From Octopus sinensis (Eukaryota): DNA of 64,000 nt. This document shows positions 12,250 to 25,634 of the stretch, in pieces. The notes below the pieces were generated by a model that saw nothing but the letters and a program-made list of their open reading frames with translations, was not told where the DNA came from and did not search any database. Both the position numbers and the translations under genes were made by a program. Numbering within the stretch: the first letter of the stretch is position 1; each line of letters begins with the position of its first letter. The stretch covers positions 50,530,001 through 50,594,000 of the forward strand of contig NC_042998.1 in assembly GCF_006345805.1 (NCBI RefSeq), given 5' to 3'.

Positions 12250-12465
12250 AAGTAACAGTTCTGTAGAATCGTTAGAGCGTCGAACAAATACCTTAGGGTA
12301 TTTCTTCTGGCTTTCTATGTTCTGAGTTCAAATCCCACCCAATCATCCTTTCGGGGGAGAGAAAATAATAAAACACCAGGTAAATATGAGATCGATGATA
12401 CCAAGTAAGCCCAACCCTATCCCAAAATTATTGGCCCTGTGCCTAAACAGAGAACAATCACTGAA
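12250..12465 (+). mobile_element. SINE family A (A2 tail), degenerate
   Basis: gaatcgttagagcgtcg..ttctgagttcaaatccc..cccaaaattattggccctgtgcctaa. Confidence 0.55.
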
Positions 12466-12679
12466 GACTTTTATGCAAGACAAGAGGGAGATGCTTGCTT
12501 CTGTTTCTAACAAGTCACTGGACTATGTACGGGCAACCTCTTGTGTGTGTTAGCAAAATGTGAAATTTCGAAACTTGCAGTAATAATTATTCGCGAACGT
12601 ATTCTTTCATCACAATTCCCTTGGTAATTTATATTCACTCTTAAATGGTTTGCACAACCAAGACTTGACCATTCCTTCT

Positions 12680-13455
12680 TACTTTCTTTAGTAGTGTACT
12701 CCGCAGGGCTGAACACAGAAGGGACAAAATACAAAGTAGAGCATTTCTTTTTGGGAAGAAGAGGAAAAAAAAGGAGGGGTCGAATTCCGATCAAAAGGGA
12801 TTGAGAAAAGAAAAAATAAAGTGGGGCCAATAAACATGGATCGTGTATCACAGAAATATCAATGTAAAAAGGGATAGAAAAGCCTACGGAAAAGACCACG
12901 GGAACTTTGGGCAATAGTGTCATGCAAAAAGAAAACACATTACAGTAAGTGGCTCTCTTTTTTCCTTTCGTTTGTTTTCCTTTTGGTTCATAGGATCATG
13001 CTCAAGCTGGCTCCGTCATTCATACGTGCCATTCTTGCTACATTCACCCATCTTTTTTTGAAGCATTCACTAGACAAAATTTCCCTCTCTACCCTCACCT
13101 TCCTCTTCAAGTGATACTTGAAGAAGTTGATGAGAGATTGACCAGAGAGGAAAGTGTTTGTCTCTAGACCTTTCAGATGCGTCCACCATACACATTCTTT
13201 CGCCATAGCCACATGTACGATGAAAATGGTTCTTCCTTCCCGTTTCAAGGAAGGAGGCGCGACAATATTCACAATAGAGTCGGTTGATAAGCCGACACGC
13301 CCCACACGCGATAGCAGTCGTTCGACATAGGCCCACAGGTCGGATATGGTTGAACACTGTACGAGTGCGTACAGGACGGTTTCGTCGCTCTGACCGCATC
13401 TCGGACAGGTCGGCCCCATGTTTCTCGAGCCATGCCTGTAATATTGGTTTGACAT
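12680..13455 (-). mobile_element. 5'-truncated Tx1/L1-type LINE: ORF2 C-terminus plus 3' UTR
   Basis: ORF 12988-13455 has CPRCGQSDETVLYALVQC (zf-RVT-like CCHC with H to Y), AMAKECVWW and a typical Tx1 C-terminus. The pyrimidine-rich UTR ends ..taaagaaagt. Confidence 0.85.
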
Positions 13456-13665
13456 TTAGACACAAGGCCAGCAATTTCGAGGGAGAGATAAGTCGAGTAC
13501 ATCGACCTCAGGGTTTAAGTGGTACTTATTTTATCGATCTCGAAAGGCTGAAAGGCAAAGTCGACCTCGACGGAATTATAAATTCAGAACTTATAGAGAC
13601 GGACGAAATGCCAATAAGCATTTTGTGCGGCGTAATAACCATTCTGCAAACTCGCCACCCTAAAT
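13456..13665 (-). mobile_element. SINE family A (A2 tail)
   Basis: Reverse complement of the family A head and core with a ggccttgtgtcta tail. Confidence 0.7.
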
Positions 13666-14344
13666 ATTATTAATAGAACATTAATATAATATTGATGACA
13701 TATTAAGACGGCAGAGCATTATTTGTGTTATAGCTGGTCGATCTTTCTAGTAAATTGAATGACCACATAAAGATTCTCTCGCTGGTTATGAATTCTTCAA
13801 GTTATAAAAGGCAACCCCGAGATGCTTTATATAAAGATCCAGTCAATGTTCTAGAGCAGCGCACCATATTTCATAGATTACCACCATATCACAATAGTGG
13901 TACATTTAAACAGTTGGTTGTTTTTTTTTGTTTTTTTTTCTTGCTTCTCTGTTTTGTTTTTGTTAACCCGGTTGTTGCGCGGCAAAACTAGAAAGATGGC
14001 GTTACAATTTCCGGAATGTAATAGGTTAGCTTGAATGCTTTCATAAATGAAGCCAAAAAAGAACCAAAAGAAATATGAAGGTTTGGAAGTGGACTGGCGG
14101 AAGGACATACGCGCGCGCACGCATATATTTGTGTGTGTGTGTGTGTGTGCGTGTGTGTGTGTGTATGTGTATGTGTATATATATGTATGCATATATATTA
14201 TTATTTATGTGTATATATATGTTTATATATGTATATACGTACATGAATATATATATATGCATATATGCATATCACTATGAGTGTATACACTGGTACACAC
14301 ACGCGCGCGCACACACACACACATGTGATATATATATTTATATA

Positions 14345-14503
14345 TAAACGTGATTATGTGGTAAGAAGCTTGTTTACCATCCACATGGGCCCGGGTTCAG
14401 TCTCACTGCGTGGCACCTTGGGCAAGTGTCTTCTACTACAGCCTCGGGCCGAGCAAAGCCTTGTGAGTGGATTTGGCAGACGAAAACTGAAAGAAGCCCA
14501 TCG

Positions 14504-14541
<38 letters not shown>

Positions 14542-14757
14542 CGTGTGTGTTTGTGTGTCTGTGTTTGTCCCCACTATCGCTTGACAACCGACGTTGGTGT
14601 GTTTATGTACCCGTAACCTAGCGGTTCGTCAAAAGAGAACGATAGCATAAGTACTAGGCTTACAAAGAATAAGTCCTGGTGTTGATTTGTTCGACTGAAG
14701 GCGGTGCTCCAGTATGGCCGCAGTCAAATGACTGAAACAAATAAAAGAATAAAAGAA
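14345..14757 (+). mobile_element. SINE family B, near full length
   Basis: tRNA-like head, ttgggcaagtgtcttctacta core, central (TA)/(TG) block, CR1-like tail. Confidence 0.85.
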
Positions 14758-15035
14758 TATGGCCCAGTGGATAGGGCAGCGGACTCGCGGGCGTAGGATC
14801 GCAGTTTCGATTCCCAGACCGGCCGTTGTGAGCGTTTATAGAGCGAAGACATCTAAAGCTCCACGAGGCTACGGCAGAGGGTGGTGGCGATCCCTGCTGT
14901 ACTCCTTCGCCACAACTTTCTCTCACTCTTTCTTCTGTTGGCCTGCTCGCTTATTTGAAGGCTAAAACAATGCAAAGCGCATTGTGACCAGCGATGTGTA
15001 GCAACATTTGATAGCCTGCTCGGTCACGGTGATCA
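14758..15035 (+). mobile_element. SINE family C-like
   Basis: tggcccagtggatagggcagcggactcgcgg..gtttcgattcccagacc tRNA-like head, followed by a core and gatagcctgctcggtcacggtga. Confidence 0.6.
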
Positions 15036-15037
15036 CG

Positions 15038-15039
<2 letters not shown>

Positions 15040-15098
<59 letters not shown>

Positions 15099-15737
15099 TT
15101 ATACATACGTACATATAAAGACAGACAGATAGGTGGATAGCTAAATAGATTTTTCACGGGACAATATAAACCTCCGTGTCTCTTTCTCTCCTTCTCTATT
15201 TTCCCTACCGCTTTCTCTCATACTCTCTCACTTCCTCTTTCTCTTTTCACTATCACTCGCTCTTCACTCTCTCTCTCTATCTATCTATCTATCTATTTAT
15301 CTGTCCGTCTTTTTATCTCTCCTCACTGTCTCTCTCCTTTCTCTTAAACACGTTTATTTCTAATAGCAAAGACGAAAACTGAGATTGTGAAAGGAAAGAA
15401 CGAAACAAAGGCAGAACGAAAGAAAAGACAATGGATGAACGAATGAACAAATCTAGGAAGGAAGGAAGGAATGAACGAATGAATGAAGGAAGGAAGGAAG
15501 GAAGGAAGGAAGGAAAAAAGGAAGGTGAGAAAAGAGAAGCGGAAGAAAGAGAAAAATGATTGCTAGATCGGCCGATAGATAAAGGACATATGAAAATGGT
15601 GTCTTAGCTGACTCGAATAGCAGTGAAAACACTAAATATTGAACTGCCAAACAGATGTCTGCAGTCACCCAACCAAGCCAATGGCCGACGTCACATACGT
15701 GGGCGTCTATATAAGGATGTATATATATATATATAAG

Positions 15738-15772
<35 letters not shown>

Positions 15773-16110
15773 GTGTGTGTGAGAGAAGGTAAGAGAGAGA
15801 AAGAGAGAGACTGTGTATATTTAATGACACGCTCACATAGCCATACACAGAGTGACACACAAACACACACACACACAGCTGTGTGTAGGTGTTAGTAGGT
15901 GTTATGCGTATGTAAACATGTATGTGTACGTGCGTGCGCGTATAGATATATGCGTATATATATATACATATGTATATATACATATATATACATATACATA
16001 TATGTGTGTGTGTATGTATATGTATTTATGCATGTACATATACGAATATACACATATCTATGTGTATTACATTATATATATAAGTTTATATCCATCTATC
16101 TATCTATCTA

Positions 16111-16153
<43 letters not shown>

Positions 16154-16266
16154 ATGTTAATACTGTGAGTATGCGTACATGTTTGTGCGCATATATGTAT
16201 GTGTTTGTATGTATATATGTATGTATTTGTATGTTGTGTATGCATGTATGTGTGTATGTATGTATG

Positions 16267-16298
<32 letters not shown>

Positions 16299-16427
16299 CA
16301 TCTAGCATCTTGTAAAAATATCAACGCTTATATGTATCATACAGGTGGAGAAATGAAAGGGTGAAAGTAAGAAAGCCAGATTGGTCGGGATGTATACCTA
16401 GGTGTATGTGCACATATGAGTATGTAA

Positions 16428-16518
<91 letters not shown>

Positions 16519-16737
16519 GGCGTTCGTGCATGTGTATGTGTGTGTGTGAGAGTGCGCGCGCGCGTAAAAGATGTGGGCTTGAGATATAATTAAAGAGAAA
16601 AACGAGAGCGACAGAAGAGGTGAACGTGAGGAAGGTGAGTCGTAGTTTTAGGAGCTCTATCGGTAACACCTTTAACATCAAGGGAGAGTGAGAGCTGATA
16701 GCGGTACGGAAATCAATATCACAGATAAGCATACACA

Positions 16738-16790
<53 letters not shown>

Positions 16791-17291
16791 GCATACACAC
16801 TCATGTATGTATGTATATGCATACGTTTATGTATATGTTTGGTATATGTAAAGGATGTGTAGTTGAACGTGTGTAGATGTATGTACGTATGTATACGGAT
16901 GCGTTCTAAGATTTGAAGTGTCTCTGATAAATAATATATGCGCTTTATAAATAAGTAAATATATACGTGTGTATATTGGTTGTGTGTATGCCTGTACGTA
17001 TATACATACGCATATGTATGTGTGGACACACACATACACGTATATATATATATTTATTTATATATATATATTTATATATATACATATATATATATATTTA
17101 TATATATACATATATATATATATAAATACATGCATATACATTCATACACCAATACTTGTATATATATATATATATATATTCACATATATATGTACATGCG
17201 TATGCTTATGTACATAAACACATACATGTGCAAACATAGGTAGATGCATGTGTTTGTGTGTTTATGTGTGTGTATGAGCTTGCGAGCACAC

Positions 17292-17328
<37 letters not shown>

Positions 17329-17420
17329 GTTTGTATGTATGTATGTACATTCTAAGGTCTATTTTTTGTTTTATTCTCCACCTTTTTTCATCTCTCTCTC
17401 TCTCTCTCTCTCTCTCTACC
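15040..17420. repeat. Compound microsatellite block: (TA)n, (TG)n, (CA)n, (TATG)n, (GAAG)n, (TC)n
   Basis: Direct reading; source of many spurious ORFs. Confidence 0.9.
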
Positions 17421-18059
17421 TCTCGCACTCTCCTTCTGTGCTTTTCTTACTTTTTTTCTTCTCTCCCTCTCACGCACACAACACTAATACACACCCACAT
17501 ACAAATCACACATAATCTCTTGCTCTCTCCTACTTTCATTTTCACCAGTTTTCATACTTAATCTCTCCCTTATCCGCTGCTCATCATATTCTCCATTATT
17601 ACAACGCAGAATGTTTTTTTCTTTTCCTTTCTTATTGTTTGTGTTGTTTCTTTCTTCTATTCTTGTTTCTTTTTATTGAATATATTTATTTTTTGATCAG
17701 GATATACCTAGGTCAACTCTAACCGTGCAAACCTATGATCAAAGGCAGTCTTACCGAGGTGCTTCCCTCATCTTAGAAGTATCGATGACTAAGAACCTAA
17801 TGACTTTCCATTTTAAGATGATGGTGTGTGATTTGGGGTGAACTTGGGTTTTGTTTATGCCAATTTCAACAGACTATATTGAAGCTCTTCACTCACCTGT
17901 CTGTGTTTGTGAATGAGTGTGTGTATGTGTGTGTATGTGTGTGTGGGTGGCTGCGCGGTCTTTTGCGTACACTGGTGTGTATTCAAACGTAAAAAAAAAG
18001 CAATCTCACTTATACGTAGGTTGATACATAGAAGCCATTTGATAAATTTAGATTAACGG

Positions 18060-18490
18060 TTTCAAAATTTGGCACAAGACCAGAAGTTTTTGAGGGGAAT
18101 GGGTAGTCGATTACATCGATTCCAGTACTTGACTGGTACTTATTTTATCAATCCCGAAAGGACGAAAGGAAAGGTCGACCTCGGCGGAATTTGAACTCCG
18201 AACGTAAAGAGCCAGGCGAAATGACGCTAAACATATATTCTGCCAGTTGGGCCCTTCTAATAATGGTTTCAAAATTTGGTGTAGAGCCAGCAGTTCTTGA
18301 GAAGGGGAGAGAGAGAGAGTCATTTACATCGACCCCAGTACTTGACTGGCACTCATTTGATCAACCCCGAAAGGATAAAAGGCAAAGTCGACTCCTGCAG
18401 AATTTGAGCTCAGAACATAAAGACGGACGAAATACCGCTAAGTACTCTGTCTGGCTGGGTAATGGCTCTGACAACTCGCTGCCCTAATGT
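18060..18490 (-). mobile_element. Two tandem SINE family A (A2 tail) copies
   Basis: Two successive reverse-complement cores, at ~18100-18250 and ~18320-18480. Confidence 0.75.
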
Positions 18491-18934
18491 AAATTATTAA
18501 TAAAATGAGCATTAGAGTAAGTACTGAGAGGACGAAATAAAGCGCAGTTTTAATGATTGAAACAAATAAACGAACAAATGTTTAACAGAATTTATTTCTG
18601 TCCGGTATTAATAAATCTTGAACCAGTCATATTCGGGATTGATATAATAATACGAGTCAATTACTGGAACCGATGGTAATAGACTTCCTCCTCCACTCAA
18701 AAGCTATTCGTGGCTGTGTAGTCCCAGAGCAGCTCTGAACAAGCAATATCCATAACACACATCTACATGCACGGACGACGAAAGAGTAATATTTGAAGGA
18801 AATTTGGCTGTTGGAGGATTTCTTAGGTGTTTTGTTCTTTGGGTCACCTGTTGTGCTAACATAAACTGGGGGGAAGTTGGTGTCGCTTCAGTCGTTTTAA
18901 CCCCTGCCACCAAAGTTTTTCGTAATCCTTCCAG

Positions 18935-19098
18935 GCATGGATGTGTGGTAAGAAACTTCATTCCCAACCACATGGTTACGGGCCCAATCTCACTGTGTGG
19001 CACATTGAGCAAGTTTCTTCAACTATATTCCCTGGCCAATCAAAGCCCTGTGAGTGGATTTCGTAGATGGAAGCTGAATTAAGGCCGTCATATATATA

Positions 19099-19155
<57 letters not shown>

Positions 19156-19172
19156 TAGATAGATAGATAGAT

Positions 19173-19235
<63 letters not shown>

Positions 19236-19530
19236 GGATAGATAGATACATACATACTTATCTACATTTATTTACAAACATACGCATATACATATATAAT
19301 ATATATAAAAAATATATATACACACATATATACACATACATTTATGTATGCGTGTCTTTGTGTTTGCGTGTGTTCCCCATAAACCAGCGGTTCGGTAAAA
19401 GGAACCCGATCGAATGATACCAGACTTTAAATTAGAAACAAGTACTGGCGTCGGTTTGTTCGACTAAGCTCTCCAAAGTGGTTTCCCAGCATGACCGCAG
19501 TCTAATAACTGAAACAAGTAAAAGATAGTC
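18935..19530 (+). mobile_element. SINE family B split by expanded (TA)/(GATA) microsatellite
   Basis: 5' half 18935-19095, 3' half 19345-19530. Confidence 0.7.
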
Positions 19531-20329
19531 GTAGAGCCCTTGAAAGTTTCATGGGTATTATTCCACCTCTTCTAACAAAGCCTTAAAAATAGATTCATTT
19601 GAAGCGAAGCAGAAACAGAAACAAACTTAACAAGAAATCTGACTTACTGATTTTACAACTATCACCATTCTATATTCAATGAATATGAAAATGAACAAGA
19701 ACAAATATCGTTTGATAAAATGGACTCAACGAACATTTTTTACGAGCAAAATTTTATTGTTTTGTTTTACTCGATTTCTCATTGTTTTATACTAATTAGT
19801 TTTCGCTTGTTGCTTTTTTTCTGCATCTGATCATAATATTTATTTTGCAATGTGTGCAGGTTTTTTTTTTCTTGTTTTCTGTTTATTTTGTATTATTGTT
19901 GCTCTATGTTGTAATCTAAATATAAGCATTATTTCAGATATCAGCCGCAACTATTGAAGGACTTCAATGATTTAATATATATGAGTGCAGGCATAGTTGT
20001 ATGGTTAACGTTCGCTTCGCAACCAGATGGTAGCTGAGCAGCATTTTCGACAAATATTTCCATTACAGCCTCAGACAAACCAATGCCTTTTAGGTGAATT
20101 TGGTAGTCGAGAACGGTGCAAAGCCCATTCTTCGTTTAATCTAGTTAGTCCTACGCATATGGTCAGAAAAATGTTATTCTTAATTAGACAACACTTCCCT
20201 GGTGTAGATAAATGCTAAAAGCCTTTTAATGTACACAATATTAAGGTTAGTTATTCCTGTCTAAGCAACAATGCTTCATGTACCACACGCTAGAACAGAA
20301 AAAGTGTACACTTTTACAGCCTTTTACCC

Positions 20330-20700
20330 ATGTCTCTATTGAAAATTCCAAAATCGATCTACCTGTCCACTGTAGGGATTTTGACTTACCGAGGCAGTTA
20401 TTTCCCCTCCTTTTCATATCACCCGAGGATCTACATTAGATTCACTTTCAAAAATAGATTTACTCAGCGCATATACCAGTTCAGTTTCGCTAACAGAAAA
20501 TATTCCACCAATTGCCGCACGCTTCCGATTTAGCCAGATACTTCAGATAAGGTCTATCTCGCCTATATAACGTAGAATATCCTCGACAAAGCTCAGTATT
20601 CAACCAGAGGACAGACATTCGTCTTTTCTCTGTAAGAGACTACACATATTGCAATGACCCAGAATAGTCGTCAATAAGAAGGAAGAACTTTCATACTGCT
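20330..20700 (-). pseudogene. Possible decayed Penelope GIY-YIG endonuclease remnant
   Basis: The - strand gives KD..SSG..VEY..CRG..YIGEID across frameshifts and stops; it abuts a large inverted repeat. Confidence 0.3.
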
Positions 20701-21250
20701 ACCATCAACAAAACTACTAATATTTATTAACAATAGCATTATTTCATAATTTTTCTGACACTTTTAATTCCACTAATATTTCTAATAAGACCAACAGACA
20801 CTCTTATTATTGCACCAGAGTTGCGTACAATTCAGCAACTGTCACTACAAAATCTAATAGTCGTCTAGCTACTGACTCGATCAGGTGACCCGAACAAGAA
20901 CAATCCGATTTACGTAGGATTTATAGTAGCTTCACCTCTTAGCAACATTGCATTCTAATCTACATTTTACCTTCGAAAAACAGTATGTAATGTAGATTAG
21001 CATGCAATGTTGCTAAGAGGTGAAGCTACTATAAATCCTACGTAACTCAGATTGTTCTTGTTCGGGTCACCTGATCGAGTCAGTAGGTAGACGACTATTA
21101 GATTTTGTAGTGACAGTTGCTGAATTGTACGCAACTCTGGTGTAATAATAAGAGTGTCTGTTGGTCTTATGAGAAATATTAGTGGAATTAAAAGTGTCAG
21201 AAAAAATATGAAATAAAGCTATTGTTAATAAATATTAGTAGTTCTGTTGA
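20700..21250. repeat. Large inverted repeat, ~270 bp arms
   Basis: ~20700-20968 versus ~20990-21250 are reverse complements with scattered mismatches. Confidence 0.9.
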
Positions 21251-21599
21251 TAGGAGCAGTATCAAAATTCTTCCTTCTTGTGGACGACTGCGTGTGTGTG
21301 TATGTATACGAGGTTTTTGTAATCGACATGCCCTGTTCCTTCAAAATTACTGGCCTTGTGCCAAAATTACAAAGATTTCTTATTATTATTTTGGTTAAGG
21401 TTATGGATTTACAAAACCATGAGAGCGTCGGGAAAATGTTTATCGACATTTCTTCCGGCACTTTATATTCTTGTCAGGGTCAACTTAGATTTTCATCACT
21501 CCGGGGTAGAGAAAATAGAGTGCCAGTCAAGTACAGATGTTAATGATATTGACTAATACTTCCTCCTATAAAATTTCTGGCCTGGTGACTAAAACAGAA

Positions 21600-22530
21600 A
21601 ACATTATTAAAGGTGGTGAGCTGGCATAATCGTTAGAGCATCAGTCAAAATGCGTAGCAAGACTGCTTCTTTCCTTGATGTTTTGAATTTAAAACTGCAG
21701 AGTTTAACTTTGCATTTCATCCTTTTGTGATCGATAAGGTTAGTCTATATTTTCGACTTATCCCATCCCCCAAAATAGCAGGCCTTGTGCCGACAGCAGA
21801 AAAGATTATTTAAAACAGCGAGCTGGCAGGATCGTTAATGCGTCGGACAAAGTGTTGGGTGGTATTTCTTCCGACGCTTTCCGTTCCAATTGCAAACCAC
21901 GCCGAGGACGACTATGTCTTCCACTCCTTCAGAGAAAATAAAATAAGCATCAATTGAGCAGTGAGGTCGATGTAACCGACTAGTTCCCTCCCATAAAATT
22001 TTAGGACTTCTGCCAATTGTAGAAGTTATTAAGTGGCGAGCTAGAAGAATCGTTAACGCTTTGGACAAAATGCTTTGCAGCATTTCTTGCTTTCCGAGTT
22101 CAAATCCACCGAAGTTAACTTTGGTTGTCATCTTTCCAAAGTCGATAAAGTTCGTAGCAGTTAAGTACTAGAATCGATGGAATCGACTTGCTCCTCCTCT
22201 CAAAACCTCTGGCCTGGTGCCAAAAATTAGACAGAACTATTATTATAATCTACTATGTTGAATGCAGTTGAGCAACAGAATTGGCAGTGAGTTGTCAGAA
22301 GTAGTGATGAGTTGGCAGAAACGTTAGCACACCGGGCGAAATGCTTAGCGGTATTTCGTCTGCCGTTACGTTCTGAGTTCAAATTCCGCCGAGGTCGACT
22401 TTGCCTTTTATCCTTTCGGGGTCGATTAATTAAGTACCAGTTACGCACTGGGGTCGTTGTAATCGACTTAATCCCTTTGTCTGTCCTTGTTTGTCCCCTC
22501 TGTATTTAGCCCCTTGTGTGTAATAAAGAA
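21600..22530 (+). mobile_element. Cluster of 3-4 SINE family A copies (old A2, one young A1 at ~22300-22530)
   Basis: Repeated ggcgagctggcagaa..cgttag heads and cores. Confidence 0.75.
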
Positions 22531-23594
22531 ATAAGAATTGGTAGTGTTGTGGTTAACTTTTTACAGTTTGGGGGCTTAAGATTTAGAAGATTTTGTGCAT
22601 CTCTAATGTTAGATATTTTAAGTTTTGCATTAAAATCCAGCAACAGTTGATTTTGCATTTCTCCTGCCTTTCTTACTCAGTTACTCAACTTGCTGTAAAT
22701 TGTAGACCAATGTTCATCGTAAGGCATCTTGTCTCTCAAACCCCAAATAGCTGTCAAATAAAAACTGGCGATGCAATAATCGACTTTATCCTCCCCAAAT
22801 TCTATAGATTTTATGCCTCTGTTAGAAACCATTACACTGTGTAACACGATTTTTCTCCTTGGAAACCAACTGTTATTTCTTATTTGCCTACCACTGAAAA
22901 GTATGAAAAATGGCTTTTGTTAGATTTACTGAAACCCCAAAGAATCCCTCTCTACACATGGCTATGATGCTCCACTACTACTCCTTCTTGTGATCAGAGG
23001 TGCACATATTGCCAGTCACTAAGGGACATGCCCAAGTGGCTATGTTCTAGTAAGTGACAAGTAAATCTGTAGTATTCAGCAGAATATTTACTGTAACGAT
23101 ATTTCTGCTTCAGCAACTGTCTGAAATGTAATGTAAAATAGGTCAGTTTCAAAATATTGATGTCCAGCTCATAAAAGTAAAGTGTGAAGGGAATAGTAGT
23201 CACTTCTTTTGATTTCTAGACTGAACCAAATAGGAAATAACACTTACTGACCAAAATCAGAAAAATCATTTCAATTTTGTTACAGTGTTATTATTGTTTT
23301 AGTTTGTATTTCGCTGATATTGAAGTTAGAAGATAATGGAAGTGATTACGAAGATGCTCTTCTAGTTGTTTTCCTTTTAGCGGGTTTAGGAAGTATAACA
23401 TCTAATGTATACGTCATTTTTCATCTGTGTCCATCACGCATCGTTTTGTTTTTGTTTTTTTTGCTTTTATTTAGACTGTACCGTCTGACTTGGTCTTTCA
23501 TTTTTCTACTGGAAGATTTATTTAGGGAGATTCAGTTGTGATCTCTAGCAGATCCTTCTCCTCATAGAAGTTCCGATTCTTCATTGCCTTAAGA

Positions 23595-23659
23595 TAATTA
23601 TGATGGATGATGAGGAGAAGGATATTGTGATGCAGGTGGGCGTGGTGTTGTGGGGTGAG

Positions 23660-23690
<31 letters not shown>

Positions 23691-23713
23691 CAGCAGCAGC
23701 AGCAGTAGCAGCA

Positions 23714-23762
<49 letters not shown>

Positions 23763-24085
23763 TAGTAGTAGTGATGGTGGTGCTGGTCTTGGCAGTGGTG
23801 ATGATGCTGATGGTTGTAGTCGTGGATGTGGTAATGATAGTGGTGTTTGTAGATGTGGTAGTAGTGATGGTGATGGTAATGGTGGTGCGGTGGGGTGGGG
23901 TGGCAGTGATGACGATGTTAATGACGATGATGATGGTGTGGTAGCGGTGTTGGTGTTGAAAATGATGATTGTGCTGGCGGTTGTGGTGTTGGTTATGATA
24001 GCGATTTTGGTGGCGGTGATGGTGGTGGTGATGATGTTTGCTAAGGTGGTGGATGTGTGGCAATGAGGATGAGGATGGGGGATAA
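23595..24085. repeat. Compound trinucleotide low-complexity tract (GTA/GCA/GTG/GAT)
   Basis: Direct reading. Confidence 0.9.
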
Positions 24086-24567
24086 TCTGACTCCTTAGTT
24101 TCATTTTATTATTTCGTCTATTGATTGAAACGTCTCGTGACTTTTATTATTCATTATCTATGGCGGTGGTGGCGGTACAGATGACGAAGGCTCATTCAAT
24201 ATATAACCAATTCTATTAAGTGGTTCCAAGTTCTAAATTTGTCGTTAAATATTCGGTTTGGCTTACATTACTTTCGACAAGGAGAACAAGTAAAAAAAAA
24301 CAGAAACGTTAACTAAAACGCAAAGACAATAAAGAAATCAAATGTATTTTCTTATAACAATCATAAAGTAAACAGGTTTTTGATTTATTTGTCTATTTAA
24401 TTATTTTGTTACTTATTTATTCATATTTGTCTCTTACTTATTGTTTTTCAGGTGTCGTGGAATGGAAATTTAAACGATTGCAATGACAAGCAAATCGCTT
24501 GACATTTAAAATTAACTCCCTACTATGTATGTTTGTTAGCTTTTACCATTCCTCAAATATAATATAT

Positions 24568-24633
<66 letters not shown>

Positions 24634-24917
24634 ATATAAAGGATAAGATCGTTAATTTAAATTAAATATCGATCTGATCAAGTGACAGCATGGAAATAAA
24701 AACCTTCAAAGGTAATGATTATTAAAATTATAATTTAGAATATCTACGAGATACCGCCATGCTGAAAATAGCAGCCAAAATCTGAGTCTAAAACCACAGA
24801 TACCCTCATTATAATTTTACTAATAATTATATATATATACACTATAATATATATATATATATACACATATATATATATATATACACCATATATATATATA
24901 AATACACACACACATAA

Positions 24918-25006
<89 letters not shown>

Positions 25007-25574
25007 TAGTATATAGTATATAATATCTATCATTGTATTTGTTATTGCTATATTCATCTCTATATCTATTGCTATTTTTTTATTGTGTGTGTGTGTGCGT
25101 GTGTGCGTGCGTGTGTATGTGTGTGTCTGTGTGTGTGTGTGTGTATGCTTTCCATAACTTCACACCATAAATTCATATATTGCCCACGACACGGCGCTAA
25201 ACTTAAGGCTGTTAAAAAAAACAAAATGGCGTACGTTTTTTCATTCATTTATTTATTTATTTTTGTTCAGTTTTCTAATAAATCGATCGAAGTGTTTTCT
25301 CTATGTGTCACACCTAATTTATTTCTCTTATCGAAATATTTCGGGGATACACGAAGGGGAGTAATCAGTGTTTCAAGTAGTACCCATCCTTATCGGAGAT
25401 ACTAATAGCGGTTTTGTATTGTTATTCGTCTGCCTAAACATCGTTAACTTAATCTTTCTTATCTTTGGAGACTGAAGTCTATTTTTTAAGAATGGAAATT
25501 TTAGCAACTTTCTGGATGGAATCTTCTATCTCTCTATGGTACCAGTATATCCGTGTGCATACGTATGTATGAAA

Positions 25575-25614
<40 letters not shown>

Positions 25615-25634
25615 ATATATATATATATATATAG

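Noticed and set aside
21165-21235. cttatga..aatat GAAA as an HHR in the large inverted repeat
   Set aside because: Core mismatch, poor register, and the mirror arm reads cttatta.
22920-23150. Possible host exon (GC-richer stretch with ag/gt borders)
   Set aside because: Stops in all + frames, and only short unrecognisable peptides on the - strand.
23581-24104. Poly-His/Thr/Ala/Val ORFs resembling a transcription-factor tract
   Set aside because: Open on both strands and in several frames because of trinucleotide repeats; no domain and no credible splice context.
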